A DNA stretch of 64,000 nt from a virus. The stretch lies in IMG/VR virus record IMGVR_UViG_3300009093_000005. One strand, written 5' to 3'. This document shows positions 46,650 to 54,724 of the stretch, piece after piece. Position numbers and translations under genes: made by a program. How positions within the stretch are numbered: the first letter of the stretch is position 1; each line of letters starts with the position of its first letter. The notes beneath the pieces were generated by a model. The model did not search any database. It was not told the origin of the DNA and worked only from the letters and a program-made list of their open reading frames with translations.

Positions 46650-47042
46650 TCACTCAACTTTAATTTCCCGCCAGAAACCATCCATGACTGCAGGATCAGC
46701 ACTTGTCGCGCTGTTGTCGATTCTGTCTTTGCACAGAATCGACAACAAATGCTCCAGACGATCGAGGCGCTCATAGAATGATAGCTCACGAACTGGCGGC
46801 GCGGCTTTCGGCAGCGTCTCGCTGAATGCCGCGAGGCGTGTTTTAATATGATCGACGTTGAGCTTGTCGATGTGGGGAAGCGCGATTTTGGCTTGCTCGA
46901 AGATTTCCGGAGCGCTCTCGCCCCAAGTCGGCGTTCGAGTGTGCATCCAATCGGTCAACTCGTAATCTTCACGAAGATTGAGCACCGAACGCGGGCCACG
47001 CGCTTTGTTCTTGTTGAACTCAACAACGCTCTTTTCTTCCAT
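46650..47042 (-). CDS. Hypothetical protein
   Basis: AAGGAG-ATG 47042 (MEEKSVVE...), 130 aa. Confidence 0.65.
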   Translation of the reverse strand: MEEKSVVEFNKNKARGPRSVLNLREDYELTDWMHTRTPTWGESAPEIFEQAKIALPHIDKLNVDHIKTRLAAFSETLPKAAPPVRELSFYERLDRLEHLLSILCKDRIDNSATSADPAVMDGFWREIKVE

Positions 47043-47070
47043 TCTTTCTTCTCCTTTCTGGGTTAAATCG

Positions 47071-47382
47071 TCAATCGAGGTTTTTGTACATCGCAAGTCT
47101 TTCGTCCTCTTCACGCTCCACCTTGAGGCAATTGTGGAACCATTCAGGCGTACCTTCAACACAACTATCTCGCGTGCTGTTGGCGATACGTCGCTGGATT
47201 GCAAGGCCGACACTGGCAGCGGTCGGGCGCCCGGTGACTCCCAGCCTGGCGTATGAGCCGACAACCACCTGATGCACACGCGCCGTAGAAAGGCCATACT
47301 TGGCTCCGAGTTCTGCGAAAGTACGGCCTTCCGCTAAGTGCTCTAGTGTAATACGAAAGTGCTGCTCAAGAGGATCGTTCAT
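47071..47382 (-). CDS. Small HTH protein, sigma-70 region-4-like
   Basis: GRTFAELGAKYGLSTARVHQ resembles the T..E.G..FGVS.ERVRQ HTH. Confidence 0.6.
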   Translation of the reverse strand: MNDPLEQHFRITLEHLAEGRTFAELGAKYGLSTARVHQVVVGSYARLGVTGRPTAASVGLAIQRRIANSTRDSCVEGTPEWFHNCLKVEREEDERLAMYKNLD

Positions 47383-47405
47383 TGTTGCTCACTGCTGAAT
47401 GCAAA

Positions 47406-48002
47406 TCAAAAATCTCCGCGCGCCACCTGAAAGCAGGCGACCTTCTCGCCGCGCCACATATCGACGACCTTGTTGCGATCGTCGAACACAGCACAAAGGC
47501 GAGAGCGCTCATTGGGCGAAAGCGCGTTAAGCCACTTCCGCTTCAGAACGTGGTCCTCGGTCGTGTCTCCAGTCGGGCGCATCAGCAGAATCTGTTCGAG
47601 CTTAATGAGCGGAATCTTTGTGAACTGGTGCAGCCAAAGAAGCGTCTTTCCGCGCACCGAATCCTCGCGGCCGGACCAAATCCGAATGTCGCACGCGATC
47701 GAATACAGCTGCAAGAACGTCCCCACCACCGGCCAGTTCGGCTGATCGCCTTCACAAGCGTTGTAGAACTTTTGCCAATCTTCGCTTGTGATCTTGCGCT
47801 TTTTCTTTCCGAGACCGTTGCAGCTGGAGCACTTACGGAGATTGCCGCTGTCGGCCTTAATGGCGGCGTCGAACGTATCCCCACCACACCCTTCGCACAC
47901 CACGTGTCCTTCAACAAAATGGCGGCGATGATCGATCAAGGCCAACGTTCCGTCCAAATCGAAAATGTACAACGGGAAGCGGCTTTGTCCTTCGGTAAAC
48001 AT
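47406..48002 (-). CDS. HAD phosphatase of T4 PNKP 3'-phosphatase type with inserted Zn finger
   Basis: FDLDGTLA..HR, SGR, MR..GD..D..LK, FDDR..VV.MWR...CFQVA.GDF; insert CEGCGG...CSSCNG. Confidence 0.85.
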   Translation of the reverse strand: MFTEGQSRFPLYIFDLDGTLALIDHRRHFVEGHVVCEGCGGDTFDAAIKADSGNLRKCSSCNGLGKKKRKITSEDWQKFYNACEGDQPNWPVVGTFLQLYSIACDIRIWSGREDSVRGKTLLWLHQFTKIPLIKLEQILLMRPTGDTTEDHVLKRKWLNALSPNERSRLCAVFDDRNKVVDMWRGEKVACFQVARGDF

Positions 48003-48046
48003 AGTCACAGATGACTCCTTCTTTGGAAACGGTTCATACGGATGCA

Positions 48047-49042
48047 TCATCGGCTCGCTAAGACCAGTTCGCGCCCGTAAGTGGACGAGGCCATCAATCG
48101 CGAGACGATCTCGACATCTTTCACAACGTCGTCCAGCAAGATGTTTCGCCACGTGGCGAAGCGCCCTATACTGAAGACGTTGAAGTCGCGCGTTAGCTCA
48201 TAGAGTATCGCTTCACGTTGTGCGCGAGGAATAGCCACAATCTTTCCGTAACGCTGATCGACTCTTTCGATCTCGTCCACGTCAGTGTGGTAATCCAGGC
48301 CGAACGCGCCGCAAACCATCTCCAACTCCACGTCCTCCGGAAGCTTCCAACCGAAGCACCAGTTTGTCTCTCTAACGCACTCGATGATCAGCAAATCGCC
48401 TGTGATGCTGGCCCTGTATGTGCGAATGTCTGGCTCAGGGAAGTACACCGTCTGGTATACGTCTGTGCCCTTCGGCAATCGGAACCGCAGCACATCAATC
48501 GGCATCGAAGAGAATTCATCATTCGATTTAAGCGCGCCGGTATTCAAGCCGCATGCTGCCATAATTACCGGAAGAGGCGTGGTGTTGACGATTTGGTGAC
48601 TGCGCTGGCCGCGCGCAATTTCATTCGCGCCGATTGAAGATTGCCAATCGATCCTTGAACCGAAGCGATGGACCAACCGCATGTAGAAGTCTTCCGGAGC
48701 AACGAAGCGGCGAACCGTGTCGAGATTCCAGACGCTGCGGTCACCGGATATCGAGCCGGTGACCTTGCGAGCGTATGCATTGGCGAACATCGGGTTGCAA
48801 GCAGCATGGTGCGCCTCGTCCCAAAAGATTGACTTGTGGACTGTGACTCCACGGAACGGAATTCCGGTGGCGTGCGACACGGACTCGTCACGAAAGCGCA
48901 ACAACGCTTTGTGGTTCTCTGTCGGCCCATTGGAGGCCTCCCATATCTCGGCGTTGGTGATCTTACAGGCGGCGATGAGTCCGGCCAGACCTGCTCCAAC
49001 AATGATTGGCCGTTCGAATTCGACAGTCATTTTGATGTTCAC
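48047..49042 (-). CDS. FAD-dependent oxidoreductase (UDP-galactopyranose-mutase-like family)
   Basis: IVGAGLAGL..A....E dinucleotide fold; C-terminal SIGRFATWR...DDV like Glf GRL..Y.Y..M; no kinase motif. Confidence 0.65.
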   Translation of the reverse strand: MNIKMTVEFERPIIVGAGLAGLIAACKITNAEIWEASNGPTENHKALLRFRDESVSHATGIPFRGVTVHKSIFWDEAHHAACNPMFANAYARKVTGSISGDRSVWNLDTVRRFVAPEDFYMRLVHRFGSRIDWQSSIGANEIARGQRSHQIVNTTPLPVIMAACGLNTGALKSNDEFSSMPIDVLRFRLPKGTDVYQTVYFPEPDIRTYRASITGDLLIIECVRETNWCFGWKLPEDVELEMVCGAFGLDYHTDVDEIERVDQRYGKIVAIPRAQREAILYELTRDFNVFSIGRFATWRNILLDDVVKDVEIVSRLMASSTYGRELVLASR

Positions 49043-49054
49043 TTTCTTAAAGTT

Positions 49055-49084
49055 GAAGAAAAGCCCGCACGTGGCGGGCTTCTC
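49055..49084 (-). terminator. Intrinsic terminator after the Lys/Ala/Glu-rich gene
   Basis: aagcccgc / gcgggctt stem; minus strand followed by ttttcttc. Confidence 0.8.
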
Positions 49085-49113
49085 GTTGTCGCGAGTCCGT
49101 CTTATCGCACGGA

Positions 49114-49923
49114 TTACGCGGCTTGCTCTTCGGGCTGCTGCTCGGCCTCGCCGATCACGAAGTCCAGGTGGCCACGCTCTTCGAGCTTCGAGAGGTAGCT
49201 GCGCACGCTCGCGCCATACAGGAACGGCTTGCAGCCCTTCGCCAGGTCTTCGATCGCGATCATCGAGCCGACTTCGAAGTGGTCCTTGATGTACTCCAGG
49301 ACCTTGCCGCGCGTCGACACGTTTTGCGGCGTGGAAAAGCCGTTGCCCGTGTAGATGACGTGCGTGGCCTTGCTGCGACGCTCGCCATTCACCTTCGTCT
49401 CGGCGCGACGCTGCTCGACCAACTCAGCGCGGCGCGCGACGGCCGCAGCGCGCTCTTCCTTCTTCGCAGCCTTGGCGGCTTCACGTTCGGCCTTCTTCGC
49501 TTCGGCCTCGGCTTCGCGCTGAGCCTTCGCTGCGGCCTTAGCGGCTTCACGTTCGGCCTTCTTCGCTTCCGAGTCCACGCCCTTCGAAGCCTCACGTTCG
49601 GCCTTCTTCGCTTCGCGCGCAGCAGCGGCCTCGGCTTTCTTCGCGTCACGAGCAGCTTGCGCTTCGGCCTTCTTCGCTTCACGCTCGGCAGCGGCAGCGG
49701 CCTTCTTCGCTTCGCGTTCATCGGCCTTGCGTTGGCGCTCTGCTTCGGCAGCGGCACGCTTTTCTTCACGCTCGCGTTCGAGTTGCGCTTTCTTCGCTGC
49801 CTTCTCTGCTTCCGCCTTTTCGGCCTCAGTCGGCTCCGGTGTCGGGTTCACCTGCGTGGCCACGTCACCATCGTCGTCCGAATGATGCTCGTGATTGTGA
49901 TGATGACCATGTGCGTGCGACAT
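49114..49923 (-). CDS. His-tailed, Lys/Ala/Glu-repeat protein with C-terminal winged-helix-like domain (putative DNA-binding)
   Basis: MSHAHGHHHNHEHH; repeated EAKKAE; C-terminal RGKVLEYI...VRSYLSKLEERGHL; strong RBS and terminator. Confidence 0.8.
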   Translation of the reverse strand: MSHAHGHHHNHEHHSDDDGDVATQVNPTPEPTEAEKAEAEKAAKKAQLEREREEKRAAAEAERQRKADEREAKKAAAAAEREAKKAEAQAARDAKKAEAAAAREAKKAEREASKGVDSEAKKAEREAAKAAAKAQREAEAEAKKAEREAAKAAKKEERAAAVARRAELVEQRRAETKVNGERRSKATHVIYTGNGFSTPQNVSTRGKVLEYIKDHFEVGSMIAIEDLAKGCKPFLYGASVRSYLSKLEERGHLDFVIGEAEQQPEEQAA

Positions 49924-49979
49924 TGTTTGTTCTCCTGTAAAGATGAATTAGGATTTAACCAAATAACAAGTGTGATTCG

Positions 49980-49985
49980 ATTATA
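49980..49985 (-). promoter_or_regulatory. Perfect -10 (TATAAT) without recognisable -35
   Basis: In AT-rich gap about 55 nt upstream of ATG 49923. Confidence 0.4.
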
Positions 49986-50116
49986 CGTGCGCCGCGCAGG
50001 ATATTAGTGTTCAGTTATTCTTCTTTGCGCTGATCCTCTTCTCGCTTGCGCAAGACATTGAAAGGATTCACAAGCCATTGGCCGAATATCAAAAGCCACA
50101 CCGTAAAAGGCGTCAT

Positions 50117-50617
50117 TTACACAGTTCCTTGGTCATCGTCAATTGTTCCATTAAATATGACGGTTTTTGAATAAGCATCAGAGTAATATTTGTGATTGAA
50201 TTCTTCATCCGGATCATCGTGCAGCCGTATGTACTCATCGAAATGCACGGTTTGGCCAGGGCGAATCACGAGCGCTTGCCCGACCATGAAGAAGTATGGT
50301 TCGGCCACTTTTACGCCATCCGTCCGGTGCACTTGCACGGTGATATAGATCGTCGCAGGATAGCGGCACGTGTTGGTGATCTCGCCGCTGTACTTCGCGA
50401 ATCCTCCGGACGCTAGGATGGTCAGTTCGGTGTCGCCCCAGCGTGACTCATCGCCACGGCACCAGCGCTTAGGCTTAGCAGGGTGAACATCGCTCCATGC
50501 TGCCTCGTCCGAGCGCTTGCTGGTATCGATCAGCGAGGTTAGGACGTAGGTGGCCAGGAAGAGAAATACCGCCACGAATAACCCAACGGCCAGATGCCTA
50601 AGACTTGCTTTTCTCAT
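50117..50617 (-). CDS. Membrane-anchored protein with small beta-sandwich (FxLYD-like) domain
   Basis: N-terminal TM (LAVGLFVAVFLFLATYVL); GEITN.C, V.V...DG, PGQTV.F; GAGGAGG RBS. Confidence 0.65.
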   Translation of the reverse strand: MRKASLRHLAVGLFVAVFLFLATYVLTSLIDTSKRSDEAAWSDVHPAKPKRWCRGDESRWGDTELTILASGGFAKYSGEITNTCRYPATIYITVQVHRTDGVKVAEPYFFMVGQALVIRPGQTVHFDEYIRLHDDPDEEFNHKYYSDAYSKTVIFNGTIDDDQGTV

Positions 50618-50768
50618 TTTTGGCCTCCTCGATTCGCGCCAATAGTGAGCGCGCAATACGTTCGTCCTCCGGATAGAAAACCGGTGATCCGAGCATTGTG
50701 ATGATGCGCTTCAGAGCGAATATTTCATTTTGGTTTAGGCCAATTACGAGAAGATCAGGCGTGGTCAT
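50598..50768 (-). CDS. Small hypothetical protein (56 aa, below the ORF-track cutoff)
   Basis: ATGA-coupled to the upstream stop; MTTPDLLVIG...EKSKS. Confidence 0.55.
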   Translation of the reverse strand: MTTPDLLVIGLNQNEIFALKRIITMLGSPVFYPEDERIARSLLARIEEAKNEKSKS

Positions 50769-51346
50769 TTTGAATCCTTGGCCGACGAACGAGCGAGCAG
50801 GGCACGCGAAAATTCCACAATTAGCGGCGCGTTATCCAAGTCGTAAGAATTCGCTATCGCGCGTATGTCAGTCGGCGTCAACTCCACCCGCTTGCTCTCG
50901 GCTGGCTGCGCCATTTCAAGCAACCGCTCACGAAACCCGGCCATGTCCTTTTCTACTGCTTTGCGGGCTTGGGCAAAAACGGCTTCCGTGCCACTCTTGG
51001 CTGGCTGCGCGTCAAACGACACCGTATCGGCATCACCGGGCTCGGGCCAGATAACGCCAATGGGGGCGGCGTAGATTGTCGCTCCATCGGCCCATCCGCG
51101 TCCGTGCTCGTCGTAAGCAGTTTCCAGCACAGCGAACGGATGATTGCAAATATCAATCTTTATGTGACCAATGACACGCCCCGTCGCGCCGGCAGACTGG
51201 CGGGCGGCTTGACATCCGAGCGCGGAGAACCATGCCTCCACGGGCGTCGGCGATCTCGATGCTCGATCAGTGAATTCCTTAACCCACTGAGCGGCGGCCT
51301 TTCCTGCTTCTTTCATTGCATCCGTGTTTTCTCGTTCATTGCTCAT
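50765..51346 (-). CDS. Mosaic accessory protein
   Basis: Start at GGGGAAAGCG-ATG 51346; contains WPEPGDADTVSFDA. Confidence 0.7.
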   Translation of the reverse strand: MSNERENTDAMKEAGKAAAQWVKEFTDRASRSPTPVEAWFSALGCQAARQSAGATGRVIGHIKIDICNHPFAVLETAYDEHGRGWADGATIYAAPIGVIWPEPGDADTVSFDAQPAKSGTEAVFAQARKAVEKDMAGFRERLLEMAQPAESKRVELTPTDIRAIANSYDLDNAPLIVEFSRALLARSSAKDSK

Positions 51347-51521
51347 CGCTTTCCCCGCGTTGTTTAAGCCAAAGGGCATCACCTGTCCCGAGGCAGTACG
51401 GACAATATCGGCGATCAAGATGGGTTGGATCGTCGCATCGGTCGCCGTTGCAGCAGTGGTCGCATCGGTCGCCGCCCCATACACGCCAACCTTGCTTGGG
51501 TTCGCGATTACTACTGCTCAT
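51336..51521 (-). CDS. Small Cys-rich protein
   Basis: GDRCDHCCNGDRCDD...CPYCLGTG; same RBS/start as 51346. Confidence 0.65.
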   Translation of the reverse strand: MSSSNREPKQGWRVWGGDRCDHCCNGDRCDDPTHLDRRYCPYCLGTGDALWLKQRGESDEQ

Positions 51522-51531
51522 CGCTTTCCCC
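51340..51531 (-). repeat. 17-bp gene-junction direct repeat GGGGAAAGCGATGAGCA
   Basis: tgctcatcgctttcccc at 51340-51356 and 51515-51531. Confidence 0.9.
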
Positions 51532-51801
51532 TTTCCCAGCGGCGCGGTTATCTGTGAACAGTCTATTGAGCGCTCTCATGAACTCCGTGCACAATTCCTC
51601 ACTACCGAACCCAAGCGTTACATACGATTGATTGGCATGCGCTCTGTGTGTGCTGACGGGGCCGATTACGCGCGAAAATTTCGTCGCATCGTCCGTCGTA
51701 GAAGCAGTCTGTTCAAGCGCAGCAATGCGCTGATGCAAGTCTGCAACCACGTCCTCGATAAAAAGGCGCTTGCCGCGATAGTCCTCTATCAAAATGGTCA
51801 C
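51511..51801 (-). CDS. Hypothetical accessory protein
   Basis: 96 aa; ends GESDEQ like the downstream gene. Confidence 0.65.
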   Translation of the reverse strand: MTILIEDYRGKRLFIEDVVADLHQRIAALEQTASTTDDATKFSRVIGPVSTHRAHANQSYVTLGFGSEELCTEFMRALNRLFTDNRAAGKGESDEQ

Positions 51802-52298
51802 GATTTATTCTCCTTCGCAGCGGCGCGGTCGATGCGTTCGAATCGACCGTCGTAGAACTCGCCATAAGGACGCGTCCAAGTCTCACCTGTATTGATATTG
51901 CGATATGTCACGACGACAGCCTTCGGGTCGCGCTCCATTCTTGACTCGGCCACGAAGCTATAAACGCCGCCTGTCTTTTTATGGCGCCAAAGCACATCCC
52001 GCGCCGCCTCGCTCATTGTCGGGGCAGTGGCGAGGGCGGCAGGGCGTAGCCAGTCGCGCGGTTGTATGTCTTCGACTTTCAGTGTCTTGACCGAACCGTC
52101 GCTCATCAAGAAGTCGGAGAATCCCGTCGTGCCCCCAGACGCATACAGTGACGCGATCTTCGCCTCCCGCCCCTCAGCAGGCGCAGGGCTGGCGGCGAGC
52201 ATTTCACGTAGAATCTGTGCCGTTTCGTCACCAACTAAATAATACTCTGATAGCTTAATTGCCGATTCAAGTGCATGTCGTTGCTTTTCAGTCAGCAT
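51798..52298 (-). CDS. Accessory protein with C-terminal DUF1653-like domain
   Basis: WRHKKTGGVY...E......V.Y......W.RPY.EF..GRFE; AAGGAG-ATG 52298. Confidence 0.7.
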   Translation of the reverse strand: MLTEKQRHALESAIKLSEYYLVGDETAQILREMLAASPAPAEGREAKIASLYASGGTTGFSDFLMSDGSVKTLKVEDIQPRDWLRPAALATAPTMSEAARDVLWRHKKTGGVYSFVAESRMERDPKAVVVTYRNINTGETWTRPYGEFYDGRFERIDRAAAKENKS

Positions 52299-53046
52299 GA
52301 CCGTCTCCTTTGGCGGCGGCGAGGACTTGCATCGCAATGCGCTGGACTGTGGCACGCGATGGAATGCCGTCGATACCGGAAAATGAGTCACGGATTGCAT
52401 CGATTTGTTCGGTACTCAGCCCGCGCGCCGCTTGCTGCCCGCTATCAATGCGATCCAAAACTTGCTCCACTTCCGACGGAGTGGTTGCAACGTAGTCTTG
52501 CCGCTCGCCGTCATAGCACTGCGTACATTGCGCAAAGTCGCACTCGGGCGGGCATTGCTGATCGCTGGCGGGTTGCGTGGCGGCGTCGAATGACACCGTA
52601 CCGGTATCACCGGGCTCGGGCCATATCGCATTCCAACTGGCGGGCGCTGCCGTCTGAGCGGGTTGCGGGGCGATGGCGAAGCCGCGATGCCAAAGCATCA
52701 TGCAGAAATTCGCCACGTCGCACGGATCGCCTTTCTCGACGTGCTCACTAAGCATCCGAGATAGGTCGGCTGAATTACATCCTTCCCAGCCGCCACGGCC
52801 TTTCTCGCGTGCCTGCGCCATCTTCTCTTTCATCGCACGGGCGAACGTGTCCACGGCAATATCATCATTGTGAACGGACTCATACTTGAACTCGTGCATC
52901 GTCGGAATCGCCCGAATGAGCCAATCACGAATAGGCTTGAGTTTTTGCACTGCCTTGTGACTCTCGCACAAGAAGCTCAAAAATATAAGTGATCCCATCT
53001 GCTCATCATCCAAAACTCCAACAAACTTTGGCCAATCTATTTTCAT
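52288..53046 (-). CDS. Mosaic accessory protein (KGDPxDVANFxMM domain)
   Basis: DDIAVD.FA.AMK.K.A.AR.KGRGGW...HVEKGDP.DVANFCMMLW domain common in prophage accessory genes; second WPEPGD copy. Confidence 0.7.
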   Translation of the reverse strand: MKIDWPKFVGVLDDEQMGSLIFLSFLCESHKAVQKLKPIRDWLIRAIPTMHEFKYESVHNDDIAVDTFARAMKEKMAQAREKGRGGWEGCNSADLSRMLSEHVEKGDPCDVANFCMMLWHRGFAIAPQPAQTAAPASWNAIWPEPGDTGTVSFDAATQPASDQQCPPECDFAQCTQCYDGERQDYVATTPSEVEQVLDRIDSGQQAARGLSTEQIDAIRDSFSGIDGIPSRATVQRIAMQVLAAAKGDGHAD

Positions 53047-53336
53047 CTCTCCACTCCTGTTCCGTCACAACTGGGGCACTCTCTATCAGTGCCGATATCC
53101 GGGTCCCAAACTTCTCTTCCACTGCCGCAGCAAGCGCCACACTCTCCTGGCGTTTCTTCCTCGTGCTTGCGCTCTTGGTCGCCGCGCAGCCAGCCGTCGA
53201 AGTAATCGACGTTCGTGGTGTCGGCGCAAACACTCCCAGATCGCCCGTCGTCGAAACCGCGCTTCCAATCCGGAGTCGTAACGTCGGTCTTAAAAGGGAG
53301 CCGGTAATCGCGCCCCCGCTTCGCAACTGCACACAT
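53043..53336 (-). CDS. Small protein with CxxCxGxG zinc motifs
   Basis: CGACCGSG...CPSCDGTG. Confidence 0.6.
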   Translation of the reverse strand: MCAVAKRGRDYRLPFKTDVTTPDWKRGFDDGRSGSVCADTTNVDYFDGWLRGDQERKHEEETPGECGACCGSGREVWDPDIGTDRECPSCDGTGVER

Positions 53337-53353
53337 ATCTATACACTCCGAAG

Positions 53354-54481
53354 TTACGGCCGGTAGATTGTAAGGCGTTGCGCGGCACGCGTCGCCCCTG
53401 TGTACATCAGCTTCGCGTAATCGCCCATTGGCTCCTCGATCAGCAGCACGTTAGGCCACTCGCTGCCTTGCGACTTATGGATTGTGATGCAATATCCATA
53501 CTGGAACCCACCAGGCGCTTTAAGGGCCTCCTTCTGGAGATCGGCATCATCGCTGAACGAGAGAGGGTTGAACTTCACGCGCCGCTCCTTACCGTCCGTC
53601 AGCGAGCGAATCCGAACCATGAGCATCTCAGGAGGCTCATCGTCGTCTCGCTCCTCATGGTCGACTGAATCATAATCGAGAACAGTGCCTTGCTCACCGT
53701 TCATGAAGTTGTGACTGTGTTGATTGAACCAGCAAATGATCTTCTCGCCCTTTTGCGGAATCGGGCCTGAGTGGCCGAGAGCCTTGCGAATGTCCTCGTT
53801 GACGGTCGCACGTGTCTTGTTATACGAGCAAAGAATTTGGGCCTCTTCGGTCGAATGCGCCAGCAGCTGCATCATCGGCGGCTTCCCCTCGCGCACGCGA
53901 ACGTCCTCATACTCGCGCAAAGGTAAGCGCTTTCCAGAGCGAAGAAAGCTGGCGGCGCGGATGATATTTGAATCGGCATCTTGTCGCATGATCTCGGTGA
54001 GCTCGTGATCGACTTGATCCGGCGTGAGAGACTGCGGCGCGTTCACAGGCAGCAGCTGGCCTAGGTCGCCGAGCGCGAGTACAGGAATGCCATGGCGCAA
54101 CAACGATTGCATGTCGTATTGGCCCACCATCGAGCCTTCGTCCAGCACCACCAAGCGTGGCTTCTCGTCCAAGTATGCCTTATCCTGGAAAATCGGATCG
54201 CCGTCCTCGTCCTCGCCGCGCACGTTGTAGATGAATTGGTGCATCGTCTTCGCGCCCTTGCAGCCTTTTTGGCGCAACCGGCTCGCCGCCTTCCCGGTCG
54301 GTGCGATGTAGACGACTTGATATGGAGAGAGACCTAGCGCTTCGACGGCACCTTGCGCGAAGCTCGTCTTACCGGTGCCGGCTTGTCCGGTGACGAAGAA
54401 GACTTGTTTGTGCGGACGGCCTTTATTAAACCATGCGGTGATCTTACGGATGCCTTCCAGCTGACCTTCATTGAAGTTCAT
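53354..54481 (-). CDS. SF1 helicase, RecD/Dda-like
   Basis: GQAGTGKT, APTGKAA, DEGSMV, GDLGQL.PV, YCITIHKSQGSEW, YTGATRA. Confidence 0.9.
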   Translation of the reverse strand: MNFNEGQLEGIRKITAWFNKGRPHKQVFFVTGQAGTGKTSFAQGAVEALGLSPYQVVYIAPTGKAASRLRQKGCKGAKTMHQFIYNVRGEDEDGDPIFQDKAYLDEKPRLVVLDEGSMVGQYDMQSLLRHGIPVLALGDLGQLLPVNAPQSLTPDQVDHELTEIMRQDADSNIIRAASFLRSGKRLPLREYEDVRVREGKPPMMQLLAHSTEEAQILCSYNKTRATVNEDIRKALGHSGPIPQKGEKIICWFNQHSHNFMNGEQGTVLDYDSVDHEERDDDEPPEMLMVRIRSLTDGKERRVKFNPLSFSDDADLQKEALKAPGGFQYGYCITIHKSQGSEWPNVLLIEEPMGDYAKLMYTGATRAAQRLTIYRP

Positions 54482-54724
54482 TATCGCTCCTGATGTACAT
54501 CGGCTTGGTGTCCGAGTCAGTCACCATAACTGACAGAGGTGAGTATAACGCACAATAAGTGGCGCAATTGGCTCAATAAACAGGTAGAAACTACCGTCTC
54601 TTTTCGGCAACGCGTAAAGCCACCCGGAGTCCAGATTTCGTAGGCAGAATCCGTTTCTGCGCTTTCCGAGTTGAGCGCAACAGCATCAATAACCCAACTC
54701 GCTCAGAGACCAAGAAGGACCGGC

